Under the pieces are notes generated by a model, which saw nothing but the letters and a program-made list of their open reading frames with translations, was not told where the DNA came from and did not search any database. Both the position numbers and the translations under genes were made by a program. 64,000 bases of DNA from positions 224,670 to 288,669 of the forward strand of contig JAGVWC010000010.1 of the NCBI GenBank assembly GCA_018304465.1, read 5' to 3'. Origin of the DNA: Candidatus Iainarchaeum sp. (GTDB lineage Archaea; Iainarchaeota; Iainarchaeia; Iainarchaeales; JAGVWC01). Of this stretch, positions 18,005 through 27,626 are shown one piece after another (the stretch's first letter is position 1; the number at the start of each line of letters is the position of its first letter).

Positions 18005-19843
18005 ATGAAAAATGCGCTCGAATGGACTCTGATCATCGGACTAATCGCAGTAAGCGGAACCATTCTGTTATTTCCATCCGCTAATTCCGAAGCAACGATT
18101 TCACCCACCCTGTTTCAACTGAACACTACCACCGATCAAAACACCCTAACCACACTGGACACTTTCGGCACCAATATACGATTTGACATGTTGGTGACCG
18201 ACCAATTTTTTTCGCCACTGTCCGGAGTACTCATTGGAATCATTCCCAGCTACAACCCCACCAAAATCGGATCCGTAATATCTACTCCCCAAGGAAACGC
18301 ATCCTACACCGACACCCATGTTCCGCCCGGAGTTCACAAATACCGTTTGATTGGATCCAAAGTCGGATATCAGAACGGCTACATGGAAAAAAACATAGTG
18401 ATTCCATCAGGACATCTAGTGAATGTAGAAGTTTTTGATTCAGCGGGGAATCCAGTTCCGGATGCTTTTTTAGTGGTGAATGGAGAAGAAAAAAAGCGAA
18501 CCAATCCAAATGGAAAAGTTAACTTGAATTTTTTTTCGGGAACGTATGTGTTGCAAGCAAAAACAAATAACGGATATATCTGTGAATCCAAAACAATCAC
18601 AATTACAACCCCACAATCCGTCCGGTTCTCTTGTCCGGTGGGAAACCTGGTTGTTCGAGTGTTTTCCCCCGATTACGCTCCAATCGCAAATGCATATATT
18701 CAACTTGATCAACAACCATCCCAACTCACCAATGCCAGCGGAGCCCATTTTTTTAAAAACCAAGCATTTGGAAACCACCTCGTCACTATTTTTTTAAAAA
18801 TCAAAGAAACTCCCGAAACCCAACCCAAAGAATTTTTTACCCAAACAACAGTAAACCTTTCAGAGGATCTTGTGCTAAAAGAATTCCAACTCGCCCCCAA
18901 TTCAATTCAAGTTTTGGATACTTCAACCGAAATGTTGGTTCTATCCGTTGATTCGAATCAATCAAAAAGACTACCCAACGACATCTCCACTGAAAATGCA
19001 ATAGTCATCAAAGGAAAAATGAACATCAACCAATCCCAAGAAACCCCCATAACAGATCCTCTGCACTCCGACACCTGCTACAAAAAGTATCTATTAACCG
19101 GAGAATGGCCCACCACTGAATGCTCCGCTACCAACACAATTTGGATCGGAACCGATTCGATAACTCAAACCATCAACACAAACCCCTTCGCCTACACCTG
19201 CGGAGACCAAAAATGCAGTCAAAATTTGGGAGTTATTCTTACACAGTATATTGTTCCTCCACTAAAAGAATTTTTTACTGGTACAGATGGAGGAAGGTAT
19301 TTTCGCATTTCCTATACTGAAAAAGGAAAGGGTCAAGATCTTGAAGCCTGTTTAAACAAATTGGGAATAGCGAAAGACGAAATTATTCAGCACATCAACA
19401 ACAAGATTCTTATCCCCCATACCCCGATAGAGAAATACAATCAGCATATTGGGCAATATAGAGAGAATGGGTTAGATTGCAGTGTCTTCTATGAATCGGT
19501 TGCATTTAAAGAAAGCGGCGGTACAAAAGGTTGTGAAAAAAGTTGCGAACCGCCAGAAAAGTATATCCGAAATCCCCCAATAAGTTATCCGTCTTTTATT
19601 CCAACAGAGCATTTAGACGATTGGGTTGAAAGAATAATTAGACATAACAACGTCGAAAATGGGTGGCCTACATTAGATAGGTTTAAACCTTTTTCAGACA
19701 TTGGAATAATTATCGTGGAAGGAGCAGGGGTAGCTGCGGGAGCACTAATACTATGGGAAGCTACAAAACCTGTTCGATGCTTACTTGCCGCTTTTTTAGC
19801 TCCTGAAACAATTGGAGGAAGTGTAGTATTATGCGTAAGTTGA
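18005..19843 (+). CDS. Putative polymorphic toxin A: N-terminal TM/signal, shared N-module, 2 carboxypeptidase-regulatory/Ig-like repeats, Cys-rich variable C-region
   Basis: Hydrophobic N-terminus; 18176-18403 is 40/76 aa identical to the N-module of 32084..34177; VEVFDSAGNPVPDA...TNPNG and VRVF...PIANA...TNASG repeats; hydrophobic C-terminus. Confidence 0.65.
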   Translation: MKNALEWTLIIGLIAVSGTILLFPSANSEATISPTLFQLNTTTDQNTLTTLDTFGTNIRFDMLVTDQFFSPLSGVLIGIIPSYNPTKIGSVISTPQGNASYTDTHVPPGVHKYRLIGSKVGYQNGYMEKNIVIPSGHLVNVEVFDSAGNPVPDAFLVVNGEEKKRTNPNGKVNLNFFSGTYVLQAKTNNGYICESKTITITTPQSVRFSCPVGNLVVRVFSPDYAPIANAYIQLDQQPSQLTNASGAHFFKNQAFGNHLVTIFLKIKETPETQPKEFFTQTTVNLSEDLVLKEFQLAPNSIQVLDTSTEMLVLSVDSNQSKRLPNDISTENAIVIKGKMNINQSQETPITDPLHSDTCYKKYLLTGEWPTTECSATNTIWIGTDSITQTINTNPFAYTCGDQKCSQNLGVILTQYIVPPLKEFFTGTDGGRYFRISYTEKGKGQDLEACLNKLGIAKDEIIQHINNKILIPHTPIEKYNQHIGQYRENGLDCSVFYESVAFKESGGTKGCEKSCEPPEKYIRNPPISYPSFIPTEHLDDWVERIIRHNNVENGWPTLDRFKPFSDIGIIIVEGAGVAAGALILWEATKPVRCLLAAFLAPETIGGSVVLCVS

Positions 19844-19848
19844 CAAAC

Positions 19849-20373
19849 ATGGAAAAAAAGTTCGATGTCAGCTTAGTTCTGGCTAACACTAAAAATGCCA
19901 ATAACCTAAAACTTCTGTATGAAATATTGTGTTTCTGTAAAGAAATCGGTGCAGTAACCCTTGAAATAGAGTTTGTGAACCCAGATATCTTTACGGGAAA
20001 AGATTTTGTTAATCCAGTTTTTTTCGATCGCCTAAAGGTGTGCGTTAGCCTGCCAGGAGAACGGGTTCGATACGAAAAACCAAAAAGAAAAGAGGAAATA
20101 GGCCATGAAAAATTGCATTATCTTAAAGCTAATTTTGACTCTCTTTTTATTGAGTGGTATAAAGAAAATAGCCTAATGACTTTTAACGTATTTAATTTGC
20201 AATTATTTGACAAAAACGGATCCGTTGTTGCAGACTTTACCGACGATCAGCTTAGTATTCACATATATTCTTTGAGTAAACAAGAGTTAGAAAAAGTAAG
20301 AAAAATTGCGAAAAAATATTCCGTAGATAGTACTACTGACACGGCTAAAACCTTAATAAAAAAATGGCACTAG
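19849..20373 (+). CDS. Putative immunity protein for toxin A
   Basis: Starts 5 nt after toxin A stop (alternative overlapping ATG 19831); AT-rich, soluble, aromatic-rich, about 174 aa. Confidence 0.5.
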   Translation: MEKKFDVSLVLANTKNANNLKLLYEILCFCKEIGAVTLEIEFVNPDIFTGKDFVNPVFFDRLKVCVSLPGERVRYEKPKRKEEIGHEKLHYLKANFDSLFIEWYKENSLMTFNVFNLQLFDKNGSVVADFTDDQLSIHIYSLSKQELEKVRKIAKKYSVDSTTDTAKTLIKKWH

Positions 20374-20502
20374 GGACTTCGCCCATATGACCCTAAGTAA
20401 GCGTGTGTTCCACCAAACCCGAATGCTCCAAATGCGTATCCGTATAATGCATTTCATCGCAATTACCACAAGCATAATAAGGCTGACATTGGGGATCACA
20501 AG

Positions 20503-21081
20503 ATGCAAAAAGGGATCGAATACGAATATTTTGCCGACGAAAATGAAGGCAGCATACGGTTTTTGTTTCAGGGCACAGGCAGACTTGACGCACTTGAAGT
20601 CGTGAAACGTATCGTAGGAAAAAAAAGTGCAGAAATTCCCGCAAACCAATACCTCGGAAAAGAATTCATATATGAAGGACAACGACTGGTGCTGTCGTTT
20701 GCAAAAAACGGTGTGAACATAAACATCAAAAGAGTTGGTGGCCAAGTATTTGGTGAAATGGATGGCCTCCTGCTAAAAGACAATACCGTCGTAATACTAG
20801 AATCAAAAACAGGCACCGTGGCCAAAATAGTGGAAGACTTGAGCACGCAGCTACCAAGAAACATTAATGCCATCAACAACCTTTCTCAAAAAACAACAAC
20901 AGAAGCGCTTATCGCGATCCCAAAAGGCACAACCGAAGAAATAAAAGCGCTTGCAATAAACAATTCCAATCTCAACGCGCTCATCAACCAAGGAAAAATA
21001 CATTTCATTGAAATAACGCAGACAAGCGATGAACTGCTTGCAACTGCGAATACGGTAAAAGACCTTATAGGTGGCGGGTAG
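20503..21081 (+). CDS. Orphan toxin C-terminal cassette, PD-(D/E)xK nuclease
   Basis: FGEMDGLLLKDNTVVILESKTG (D...ExK); frame is open from 20401; no signal peptide or N-module. Confidence 0.6.
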   Translation: MQKGIEYEYFADENEGSIRFLFQGTGRLDALEVVKRIVGKKSAEIPANQYLGKEFIYEGQRLVLSFAKNGVNINIKRVGGQVFGEMDGLLLKDNTVVILESKTGTVAKIVEDLSTQLPRNINAINNLSQKTTTEALIAIPKGTTEEIKALAINNSNLNALINQGKIHFIEITQTSDELLATANTVKDLIGGG

Positions 21082-21786
21082 ATGAAGGACGATACGATTA
21101 GAGAAGAATACCTAAAACTAAATAAAGACCATGAATCGTTAAAAGAGCAAAAAAGGCCCGGAAATGCGCATTTGGGGGGATTTTATGTACGATTAGATCC
21201 GAATCGAGGAACCTCTTTATCTGGCTCAGTAAGCGAGTTCGGTGTTTGCGATTTTAGTTATGAGGAAAGAAAATTTTTTTCAGAAGAAGATCGGCAAAAA
21301 AAAGTATCCAAATTAATTGAAACCTTCGGATACGCAATCAGTCTTATTTTTCTGAGTTTTGGAGAGAGTGATATCGTTATTTGGCTACAACTCCCACTTG
21401 GCAGAAAAGAAATCCAAGAAATCCTGGATTTTCTACCTTCGACAGGGACATTCAAAAAATACGAAACCCCAATCATACACACCTTGGCAAATGACGAGCA
21501 AGTACAAAAAGCACGCAACGATTTTTATCAAAAACTTTCTGAATGTGTCGACGGCCAGCAGACCGAACATTGGCGTTTTTCGAAAGACATCGAACAAGAA
21601 AAAAAAACCGCGTTTCAAATAACCATAAACGAAGTAAAAAACATTCAAATAGGCAAAACAACAGGACACAACATTACGCTGGAATTTATGAAAAACTGCT
21701 CTACTTTTAAAAAATACATTTTCCCCCTTGAAGAAAAAAGTTTCAAAAAAACAATTGAAAGGATTCGAAATGCGCAGGTAAAATAA
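21082..21786 (+). CDS. Putative immunity protein for the orphan nuclease
   Basis: TAG-ATG abutting the nuclease ORF; soluble; no family recognised. Confidence 0.5.
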   Translation: MKDDTIREEYLKLNKDHESLKEQKRPGNAHLGGFYVRLDPNRGTSLSGSVSEFGVCDFSYEERKFFSEEDRQKKVSKLIETFGYAISLIFLSFGESDIVIWLQLPLGRKEIQEILDFLPSTGTFKKYETPIIHTLANDEQVQKARNDFYQKLSECVDGQQTEHWRFSKDIEQEKKTAFQITINEVKNIQIGKTTGHNITLEFMKNCSTFKKYIFPLEEKSFKKTIERIRNAQVK

Positions 21787-21865
21787 CGGGTAAATTCATC
21801 AGGATACACAAAATATAAAATTTGAGTATTTAGAGATAAAAACCGCAACTAGTGGAGGGGGATAC

Positions 21866-22129
21866 ATGAGTTGGATCACAGTATTATTCGGCATCGGGGG
21901 AATCGCATTGGTAGGATATGGAGTTTATGTACTTTACCGGGTCCCAAAGCAGCTGCGCGAAGGAAAAACGCGTCTTACTGGAAAACTCATTACTATGGGT
22001 ACCCCAGATATTGAAAAGGAAAAAAATCGGACAACTTTTTGGGAAGTTACGCTGTGGAATATTATTCGAGGGATTCTCTCGATTATATTTGGGGCGTTTC
22101 TCGTTCTCAGTATGCTTTCAAATCTTTGA
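21866..22129 (+). CDS. Small two-TM membrane protein
   Basis: GGAGG RBS; two hydrophobic segments. Confidence 0.7.
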   Translation: MSWITVLFGIGGIALVGYGVYVLYRVPKQLREGKTRLTGKLITMGTPDIEKEKNRTTFWEVTLWNIIRGILSIIFGAFLVLSMLSNL

Positions 22130-22164
22130 AATAATAGTTAACCTCAAAGTATGAGGGCCTTGGA

Positions 22165-23019
22165 TCACGGAAAAGAATTTGCATGAACTGACTTTGGAAA
22201 TAAGTTGATTCCTTCGGTTCGCAGTTGTTCCGCCAAAATAGGATTCCGTGTAATAACCATTTTGATCGAGACGTTTTCCATGTAAAGCGAATAGACTTTT
22301 GCCATGTCGAACTGTTCCATTGATTTTGTTTTTTCAAACAACGCATTTAATCGTTGTTTAAACTCCGTTGGATAAAAAATTTGAGCCACATAATCCCCTT
22401 CAATCACCAAATCACCGTCCGCCGGATAAGTGACCTGATGAATGGATTGCTTGCCCATCTTTTGGGTAAACGTATTCCCAAACTGGTCCAACACCCCAGC
22501 ACCATGATACAACCCATAATAGGGAACTTGAAAAATTTTTTTCACTTGCTCCAAATCGCTTGGATCCAAACCCACCGGAAGCCAAGGATGACCCAACAGG
22601 CAAACACGAGATTTTTTATCCGGATTAGGAAATTGATCATTAAAGACCCAAATAACAAAACGAATTAACTCAACCATACTATGGAATTCCAAATTCAGCA
22701 CCTCTTTTTGCAACCAATCGGAAGGCAAAGAATAATTGGAATAGGATTGTAGACGCGCACTAAACGCCTTTACATTTAATATCCACTCAGCACTTAACGA
22801 AAATTTCGACCCGTTTTTGACAACGACCCGCTCACCCTCCAAACTATGAAGCATTTTATGAACCGCTTGGTAGGAAGCTGAAATGGCATATTCTTTTTTG
22901 ATATCCGAAAATATTTCCTTCAAACTCAAAGGATGCCGAACGCTAAGTAAACTAATAATCGCGTCTTTTGTTGAAAGTGTTTTTTTCCCAAAACCTGGCA
23001 GAACAATCGAAAGAGCCAT
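22165..23019 (-). CDS. Winged-helix regulator, paralog 1
   Basis: STKDAIISLL...PLSLKEI...SYQAVHKML..L; HPWLP; RNPILAEQL. Confidence 0.8.
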   Translation of the reverse strand: MALSIVLPGFGKKTLSTKDAIISLLSVRHPLSLKEIFSDIKKEYAISASYQAVHKMLHSLEGERVVVKNGSKFSLSAEWILNVKAFSARLQSYSNYSLPSDWLQKEVLNLEFHSMVELIRFVIWVFNDQFPNPDKKSRVCLLGHPWLPVGLDPSDLEQVKKIFQVPYYGLYHGAGVLDQFGNTFTQKMGKQSIHQVTYPADGDLVIEGDYVAQIFYPTEFKQRLNALFEKTKSMEQFDMAKVYSLYMENVSIKMVITRNPILAEQLRTEGINLFPKSVHANSFP

Positions 23020-23113
23020 CCAAATCACTACGTATAGAACATACAAAACATCGATAACCGGATTTATAAACATAACCAAGTAAAAAGTAGATAAAACTCA
23101 GATTCTGATTTAC

Positions 23114-24121
23114 GTGGCCAAAAAAACCGTAAAAGATGCCTATGAAAGCATCTTCAAAAAAAGCGTCAAAGCCAGCGGAATATCCGTCAAAGGACTTGAT
23201 TTTAACCAAGAAGTCACCTTGGAAAAACTGATTAACGCGCTTGGAACCAGCGGATTCCAAGCCACGCATTTAAGCCGCGCCATCGAAATCGTCAAAAAAA
23301 TGCGCAAAGACAAAGTAACGATTTTCTTAGGATATACCTCCAACCAAGTATCCAGCGGAAACCGCGACATCATCCGCTATCTGGTTCAACACAAACTCGT
23401 GGACTGCTTGGTCAGCACCGCCGGCGGAATCGAAGAAGACTTCATCAAAACCCACGCTCCGTTTTTCATTTCCGATTTTCGACTCGACGGCGCGAAACTA
23501 CGCGAAAAAGGAATCAACCGCATCGGAAACCTGCTCGCACCCAACGAGCGCTACATCTGGTTCGAAAAATTCTTCCAACCGATCCTCCAAGAACTGCTTG
23601 ACGAACAACTCAACACCGGACACATTTTTTCCCCCAGCGAAATCATCGACAAAATGGGAGAAAAAATCAACCACGAAGAATCAATTTATTACTGGGCCCA
23701 CCAAAACAAAATCCCGGTTTTCTCTCCAGCATTCATGGACGGAGCCATCGGCGACAACTGCTACTTTTTCAACTACAACAAACAAAAAAAATTATTCATC
23801 GACCAAATCGCAGACCATCACCGCCTGATCGAAAAAACACTCGACTCCAAAGAAACCGGACTCATCATACTAGGCGCCGGCCTCGTCAAACACACCCTGC
23901 TAAACGCCAACATGTACCGCGAAGGCGCCAAATACACCGTCTACATGAACACCTCCAGCGAATACGACGGAAGCGACAGCGGCGCCGAACCCGAAGAAGC
24001 CAAAAGCTGGGGCAAAATCGCAGCAGACGCCAACACGGTAAAAGTAGTTGGGGACACGACAGTGTTGTTTCCCTTAGTGGTAACAGTTGCATTAAGGCAC
24101 TTTCAAAAAGCAAAAAAATAG
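23114..24121 (+). CDS. dys: Deoxyhypusine synthase
   Basis: GFQAT, FLGYTSN, TAGGIEED, NRIGN, DGSDSGA, EAKSWGKI. Confidence 0.97.
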   Translation: MAKKTVKDAYESIFKKSVKASGISVKGLDFNQEVTLEKLINALGTSGFQATHLSRAIEIVKKMRKDKVTIFLGYTSNQVSSGNRDIIRYLVQHKLVDCLVSTAGGIEEDFIKTHAPFFISDFRLDGAKLREKGINRIGNLLAPNERYIWFEKFFQPILQELLDEQLNTGHIFSPSEIIDKMGEKINHEESIYYWAHQNKIPVFSPAFMDGAIGDNCYFFNYNKQKKLFIDQIADHHRLIEKTLDSKETGLIILGAGLVKHTLLNANMYREGAKYTVYMNTSSEYDGSDSGAEPEEAKSWGKIAADANTVKVVGDTTVLFPLVVTVALRHFQKAKK

Positions 24122-24135
24122 TGTAGGATAGTTAT

Positions 24136-24828
24136 TCAAAAATCCAGTAAACCACGTATATCAGTTTTATTTTTGACTATTGGCCATTTTCTTTGTTCAG
24201 CAATTTCAGAAAGTTTTTTGTCGGGGTTCACAGTAACTGGATGTCCCACATGTTCTAAAACAGGAAGATCTTGTGAGGTATCTCCAAACCCAAACGAAGA
24301 TTCTATGTCAATATTATACTTTTTTATCAAAGCATAGAACAAAGTTTCTTTATTTTCACGAATTACTAGATTCGTTTTGACATTCCCCGAATAAACACCA
24401 TCAACAATCTCGCATTCTGTCCCATATAAATCATCAAAGCCCAAGTATTTCAATTGTTTTATTACTTCGATAGGGGAACCGCTCATTGCAAGGACCAAAT
24501 AACCTTTTTGTTTCATTAGTTTTACAAGTTGTTTTGAGTGTTCAAAAATATTTTTTTTGTATATAGCCATGAATGCTGCCCCCAATTTTTCAACTTTTTG
24601 GTGATCGCATCCTTTTAACCCTCTCGCAAACACTTGCGGGAGTTCGGTTGCAACTTCAGCAGCACTTTTTGTTCCTTTAATATATTCTGATAAAAGAAGT
24701 TGTATTTTTTTATTGGATTCGGAGCCTATGCACCCTTGTTGGTCCAAATACTTTGGAAATTCACAAATGATAAAACCTTTAACAAGTACACCATCAATGT
24801 CAAATATTGCTGCTTTTTGCGCATGCAT
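24136..24828 (-). CDS. HAD-IB family phosphatase
   Basis: FDIDGVL, MSGSP, K, FGDTSQDLP, VNPD..L. Confidence 0.9.
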   Translation of the reverse strand: MHAQKAAIFDIDGVLVKGFIICEFPKYLDQQGCIGSESNKKIQLLLSEYIKGTKSAAEVATELPQVFARGLKGCDHQKVEKLGAAFMAIYKKNIFEHSKQLVKLMKQKGYLVLAMSGSPIEVIKQLKYLGFDDLYGTECEIVDGVYSGNVKTNLVIRENKETLFYALIKKYNIDIESSFGFGDTSQDLPVLEHVGHPVTVNPDKKLSEIAEQRKWPIVKNKTDIRGLLDF

Positions 24829-24853
24829 ACAAAAGTTCTCCTGTAAAATAATG

Positions 24854-25633
24854 TTAAAATATCTTGCCAGGATATTTATTTGCCAGAGAAACCATTTTTT
24901 TCAAGGTTTCAATACCTTTTGGTTCTTCAATGAGTTTACCAACATGAATAGCGTCAGCCTTATGTTTAAACATAAGATCAGCATCTTCAGGCGTTAAAAT
25001 GCCACTAGTTGGAATAATAAATAAATTCGTCTTTCTTGCCAATAATTCAACATGTGTTGCTGGCGGCCCAAGTTCGCTACCGGATCCACCAGCCATGATA
25101 TATATTCGCATACCTAAATATTGGGCTGCTAAAGCGACAGATAAACTAATTTCGGGTTTTTCTCTTGGAATTGGAACGGCGCGTGCCAGCCAGTTAGCTG
25201 TTCGCATTGACCCCCGATCATCAAATACATACGCAGTAGGAATTGGTTCAAGAGTATTAGGCGTAACAGCAACTGAGTTCATTACCAACACATCACGCAA
25301 GAAAAATGGATTTTCTGAGTTCAAAACAGACATCCAATAAATTGCGGTTTTCCCTTCGTGGCCATTTAAAAAACACACTGCACTATTAGTCGGATAGGTT
25401 ACTGTAGAAAAGTTATAATCCTTTACAGCCATATCTTGCACTATTTGTAATTTTTGTGGAGTGATAATGCTTCCGCCAAGCGCAATATGTTGAATACCCA
25501 AATCAGAGATCGCTTGAAAAATTTTTGAAATTACTTCTACAGGAAGTTTGTCAGGATCTATTTGTGGGATCACTAGCGGGTGATCCTCTCGAAGAGAATA
25601 GATTTTTTTTTCTACTTTTCCAAGGCGTTCCAT
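24854..25633 (-). CDS. Divergent geranylgeranylglyceryl-phosphate synthase (GGGPS/PcrB family)
   Basis: IDPDK, LGGS, SVLNSENPFF, IPTAY, LAAQYLGM, GSGS; YLEAGSG is replaced by YIMAGGSG. Confidence 0.8.
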   Translation of the reverse strand: MERLGKVEKKIYSLREDHPLVIPQIDPDKLPVEVISKIFQAISDLGIQHIALGGSIITPQKLQIVQDMAVKDYNFSTVTYPTNSAVCFLNGHEGKTAIYWMSVLNSENPFFLRDVLVMNSVAVTPNTLEPIPTAYVFDDRGSMRTANWLARAVPIPREKPEISLSVALAAQYLGMRIYIMAGGSGSELGPPATHVELLARKTNLFIIPTSGILTPEDADLMFKHKADAIHVGKLIEEPKGIETLKKMVSLANKYPGKIF

Positions 25634-25636
25634 TGT

Positions 25637-26785
25637 TTACTCAGCCCCTTCAAATAATAGCGCAAGATGACCTTTGGATACATCGACTTTAGGCTTTTTT
25701 AAGATAATCTCTTTCCCATACACTCTAGAACATAGACCAGATAAAAATCCGCCGATCATTAAGAAGTCAATTTCTTTATAAAATTTAGTCCAAGGAAAAT
25801 AATTAATGATAACTTTTAATTTTTCTCCGCTTGAAAGAACTAAAACTTCGCCCCAGCCCAAAGCCGAAAGTAACTCCATTACTTCAAGCAATCTTCTTTT
25901 ATCAATTTCAGGAAATAACTCTTGACCTATCCGAAACGCACAATCAAAAAGGATTTTTTTCATTTTTTCATTTTTCATTCCTTTTTCTAGCAGGTACATC
26001 CCGCTGACTTCCATTAAGAAAAAACGCTCCTTTTGTTTGTATACAATGATGCCTTCAGAATATGAAAACAATTTGGCGTTAAGATATGATTCAAAGGATT
26101 TTTTATATTGAATGTCCACTTCAGTATTAAAACTTCGATAAGTTGAAGCGTCCTCTAATAGATCATCTACTTGAGTTTCACTATATACTTGTTCTTTGAA
26201 TTGCTTTGAAAGAACATCGACAGGAGCACAGGTCACCTTACAAAACTGATCAGACCCTTTGAACAAACTATCATACATATGACCTTCAATTTTTATGTCT
26301 TGCAGTATCCACGCGATAATTCCTGCTGCACCGGCAGTAGCAAGAAAAAAATCATACCCTAACTTTCTACACACAACAAAATTTTTCAGTTCATATTTCA
26401 CAGTCTTATTTTTTACATCAGTCTCTTGCGAGATATTGCTCGCATAGGTGCCTTCGACAAATTTACTCGCAATCATCACCCAATCTTTTACTGCCTCGCC
26501 AGGGTGATCTTTAATATTTTCAAACCGCCCATTCAATGCAAAGCTATACCCAAACCGTTTGCCGATGGAATATAATGTTTGCTCACCTTCAGCCCCAAAC
26601 TCAGTAACTAATTGCTTTTCAAGAGCAACAAAAAAACTTTCAGGGAGCAGAAGTTGTCGCAAGTTTACAGTGGTTTTTCCAGAGATTTTAAAATCTACAA
26701 AGCCAGGCCTATCAAAAATCAATGCCCGGGGGATTACAAAGCGTTTAACGTACAATCTAACAACGCTATCTTTTACATCCACCAT
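25637..26785 (-). CDS. Tandem V4R-like sensor domain protein
   Basis: TLYSIGKRFG...AGAAGIIAWI...C; ILFDCAFRIG...LSALGWGEV...GGFLSGLCS. Confidence 0.7.
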   Translation of the reverse strand: MVDVKDSVVRLYVKRFVIPRALIFDRPGFVDFKISGKTTVNLRQLLLPESFFVALEKQLVTEFGAEGEQTLYSIGKRFGYSFALNGRFENIKDHPGEAVKDWVMIASKFVEGTYASNISQETDVKNKTVKYELKNFVVCRKLGYDFFLATAGAAGIIAWILQDIKIEGHMYDSLFKGSDQFCKVTCAPVDVLSKQFKEQVYSETQVDDLLEDASTYRSFNTEVDIQYKKSFESYLNAKLFSYSEGIIVYKQKERFFLMEVSGMYLLEKGMKNEKMKKILFDCAFRIGQELFPEIDKRRLLEVMELLSALGWGEVLVLSSGEKLKVIINYFPWTKFYKEIDFLMIGGFLSGLCSRVYGKEIILKKPKVDVSKGHLALLFEGAE

Positions 26786-26787
26786 GT

Positions 26788-27534
26788 TTATCCGCCTGCT
26801 TCGATAACAATGCCTTTTGCAGTAATATTATATGTTCGTGGACCGCCACGAATATCAGTTTTTCGCATTTTTCGAACTTCCAAGTTTCTATTCAAACTAT
26901 CCCCAATCGAAACATGTTTGAGTAAAACTACACCGTCACATAAAAATTCACTAATTGTGTCCCGGCTCAAAAAATTTGTGGATTCAGGTAACTCAGAAAT
27001 GATTATTGATGTTGCTTTTTGATTTTTTAGTGCTTCAAGCATATCCACTATTGCTTTTCGAGTAGCAACTTCAGGCCCAAGCTGGAAAGAGAATTGGCTT
27101 TTTTGCATTCCCATTTTTTCTAAGATCTCAATATATGCAATCGTTTCTGCATAAATCCCATATGTCGAAATAGAATCCAAGACAATTCTATCCGGTTTAA
27201 ACTCTTGGATTAATGCCTTAATTTCTTGTAATACCGCAGAGAAAATCATTTTGTTTGGAGTGTAAGTTACAACTTTCAATTTTTTTTCTTTTTCAAGTTT
27301 AAGCAAATCCCACCCCAATTCGTTTGATTGATCAATAATATCTTCTCTAATCTGTTCAAAACTAATCAAAAGCCCACGTTCATTATACTGCTTCACTCCA
27401 TTTACAAGGTATTGAGTAGCGAAGATGGTCTTTCCAGATCCTGTTAACCCTGACAGCAATACCAGATTCCCTTTTGGAAATCCCCCATTAATGAGTTCAT
27501 CAAAACCAGATATCCCTGTTTTAACTCGTAACAT
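26788..27534 (-). CDS. KaiC/RAD55-like RecA-superfamily ATPase
   Basis: TGISGFDEL, GLTGSGKT, SFEQ, IVLDSIS, SEFLCDGV, VRKMR. Confidence 0.92.
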   Translation of the reverse strand: MLRVKTGISGFDELINGGFPKGNLVLLSGLTGSGKTIFATQYLVNGVKQYNERGLLISFEQIREDIIDQSNELGWDLLKLEKEKKLKVVTYTPNKMIFSAVLQEIKALIQEFKPDRIVLDSISTYGIYAETIAYIEILEKMGMQKSQFSFQLGPEVATRKAIVDMLEALKNQKATSIIISELPESTNFLSRDTISEFLCDGVVLLKHVSIGDSLNRNLEVRKMRKTDIRGGPRTYNITAKGIVIEAGG

Positions 27535-27626
27535 TCAACATCAGACTCGGCCGCGCTTTAAGATGTATTTAATGGCTTTAAACACCTATTTAAACAATGC
27601 TGTTAATCAAAAATCAGTTTATCACG

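Noticed and set aside
19462-19490. GLDCS motif suggesting an NlpC/P60 peptidase in toxin A
   Set aside because: No upstream PY.WGG element and no downstream GD..F/HxG motif; probably coincidental
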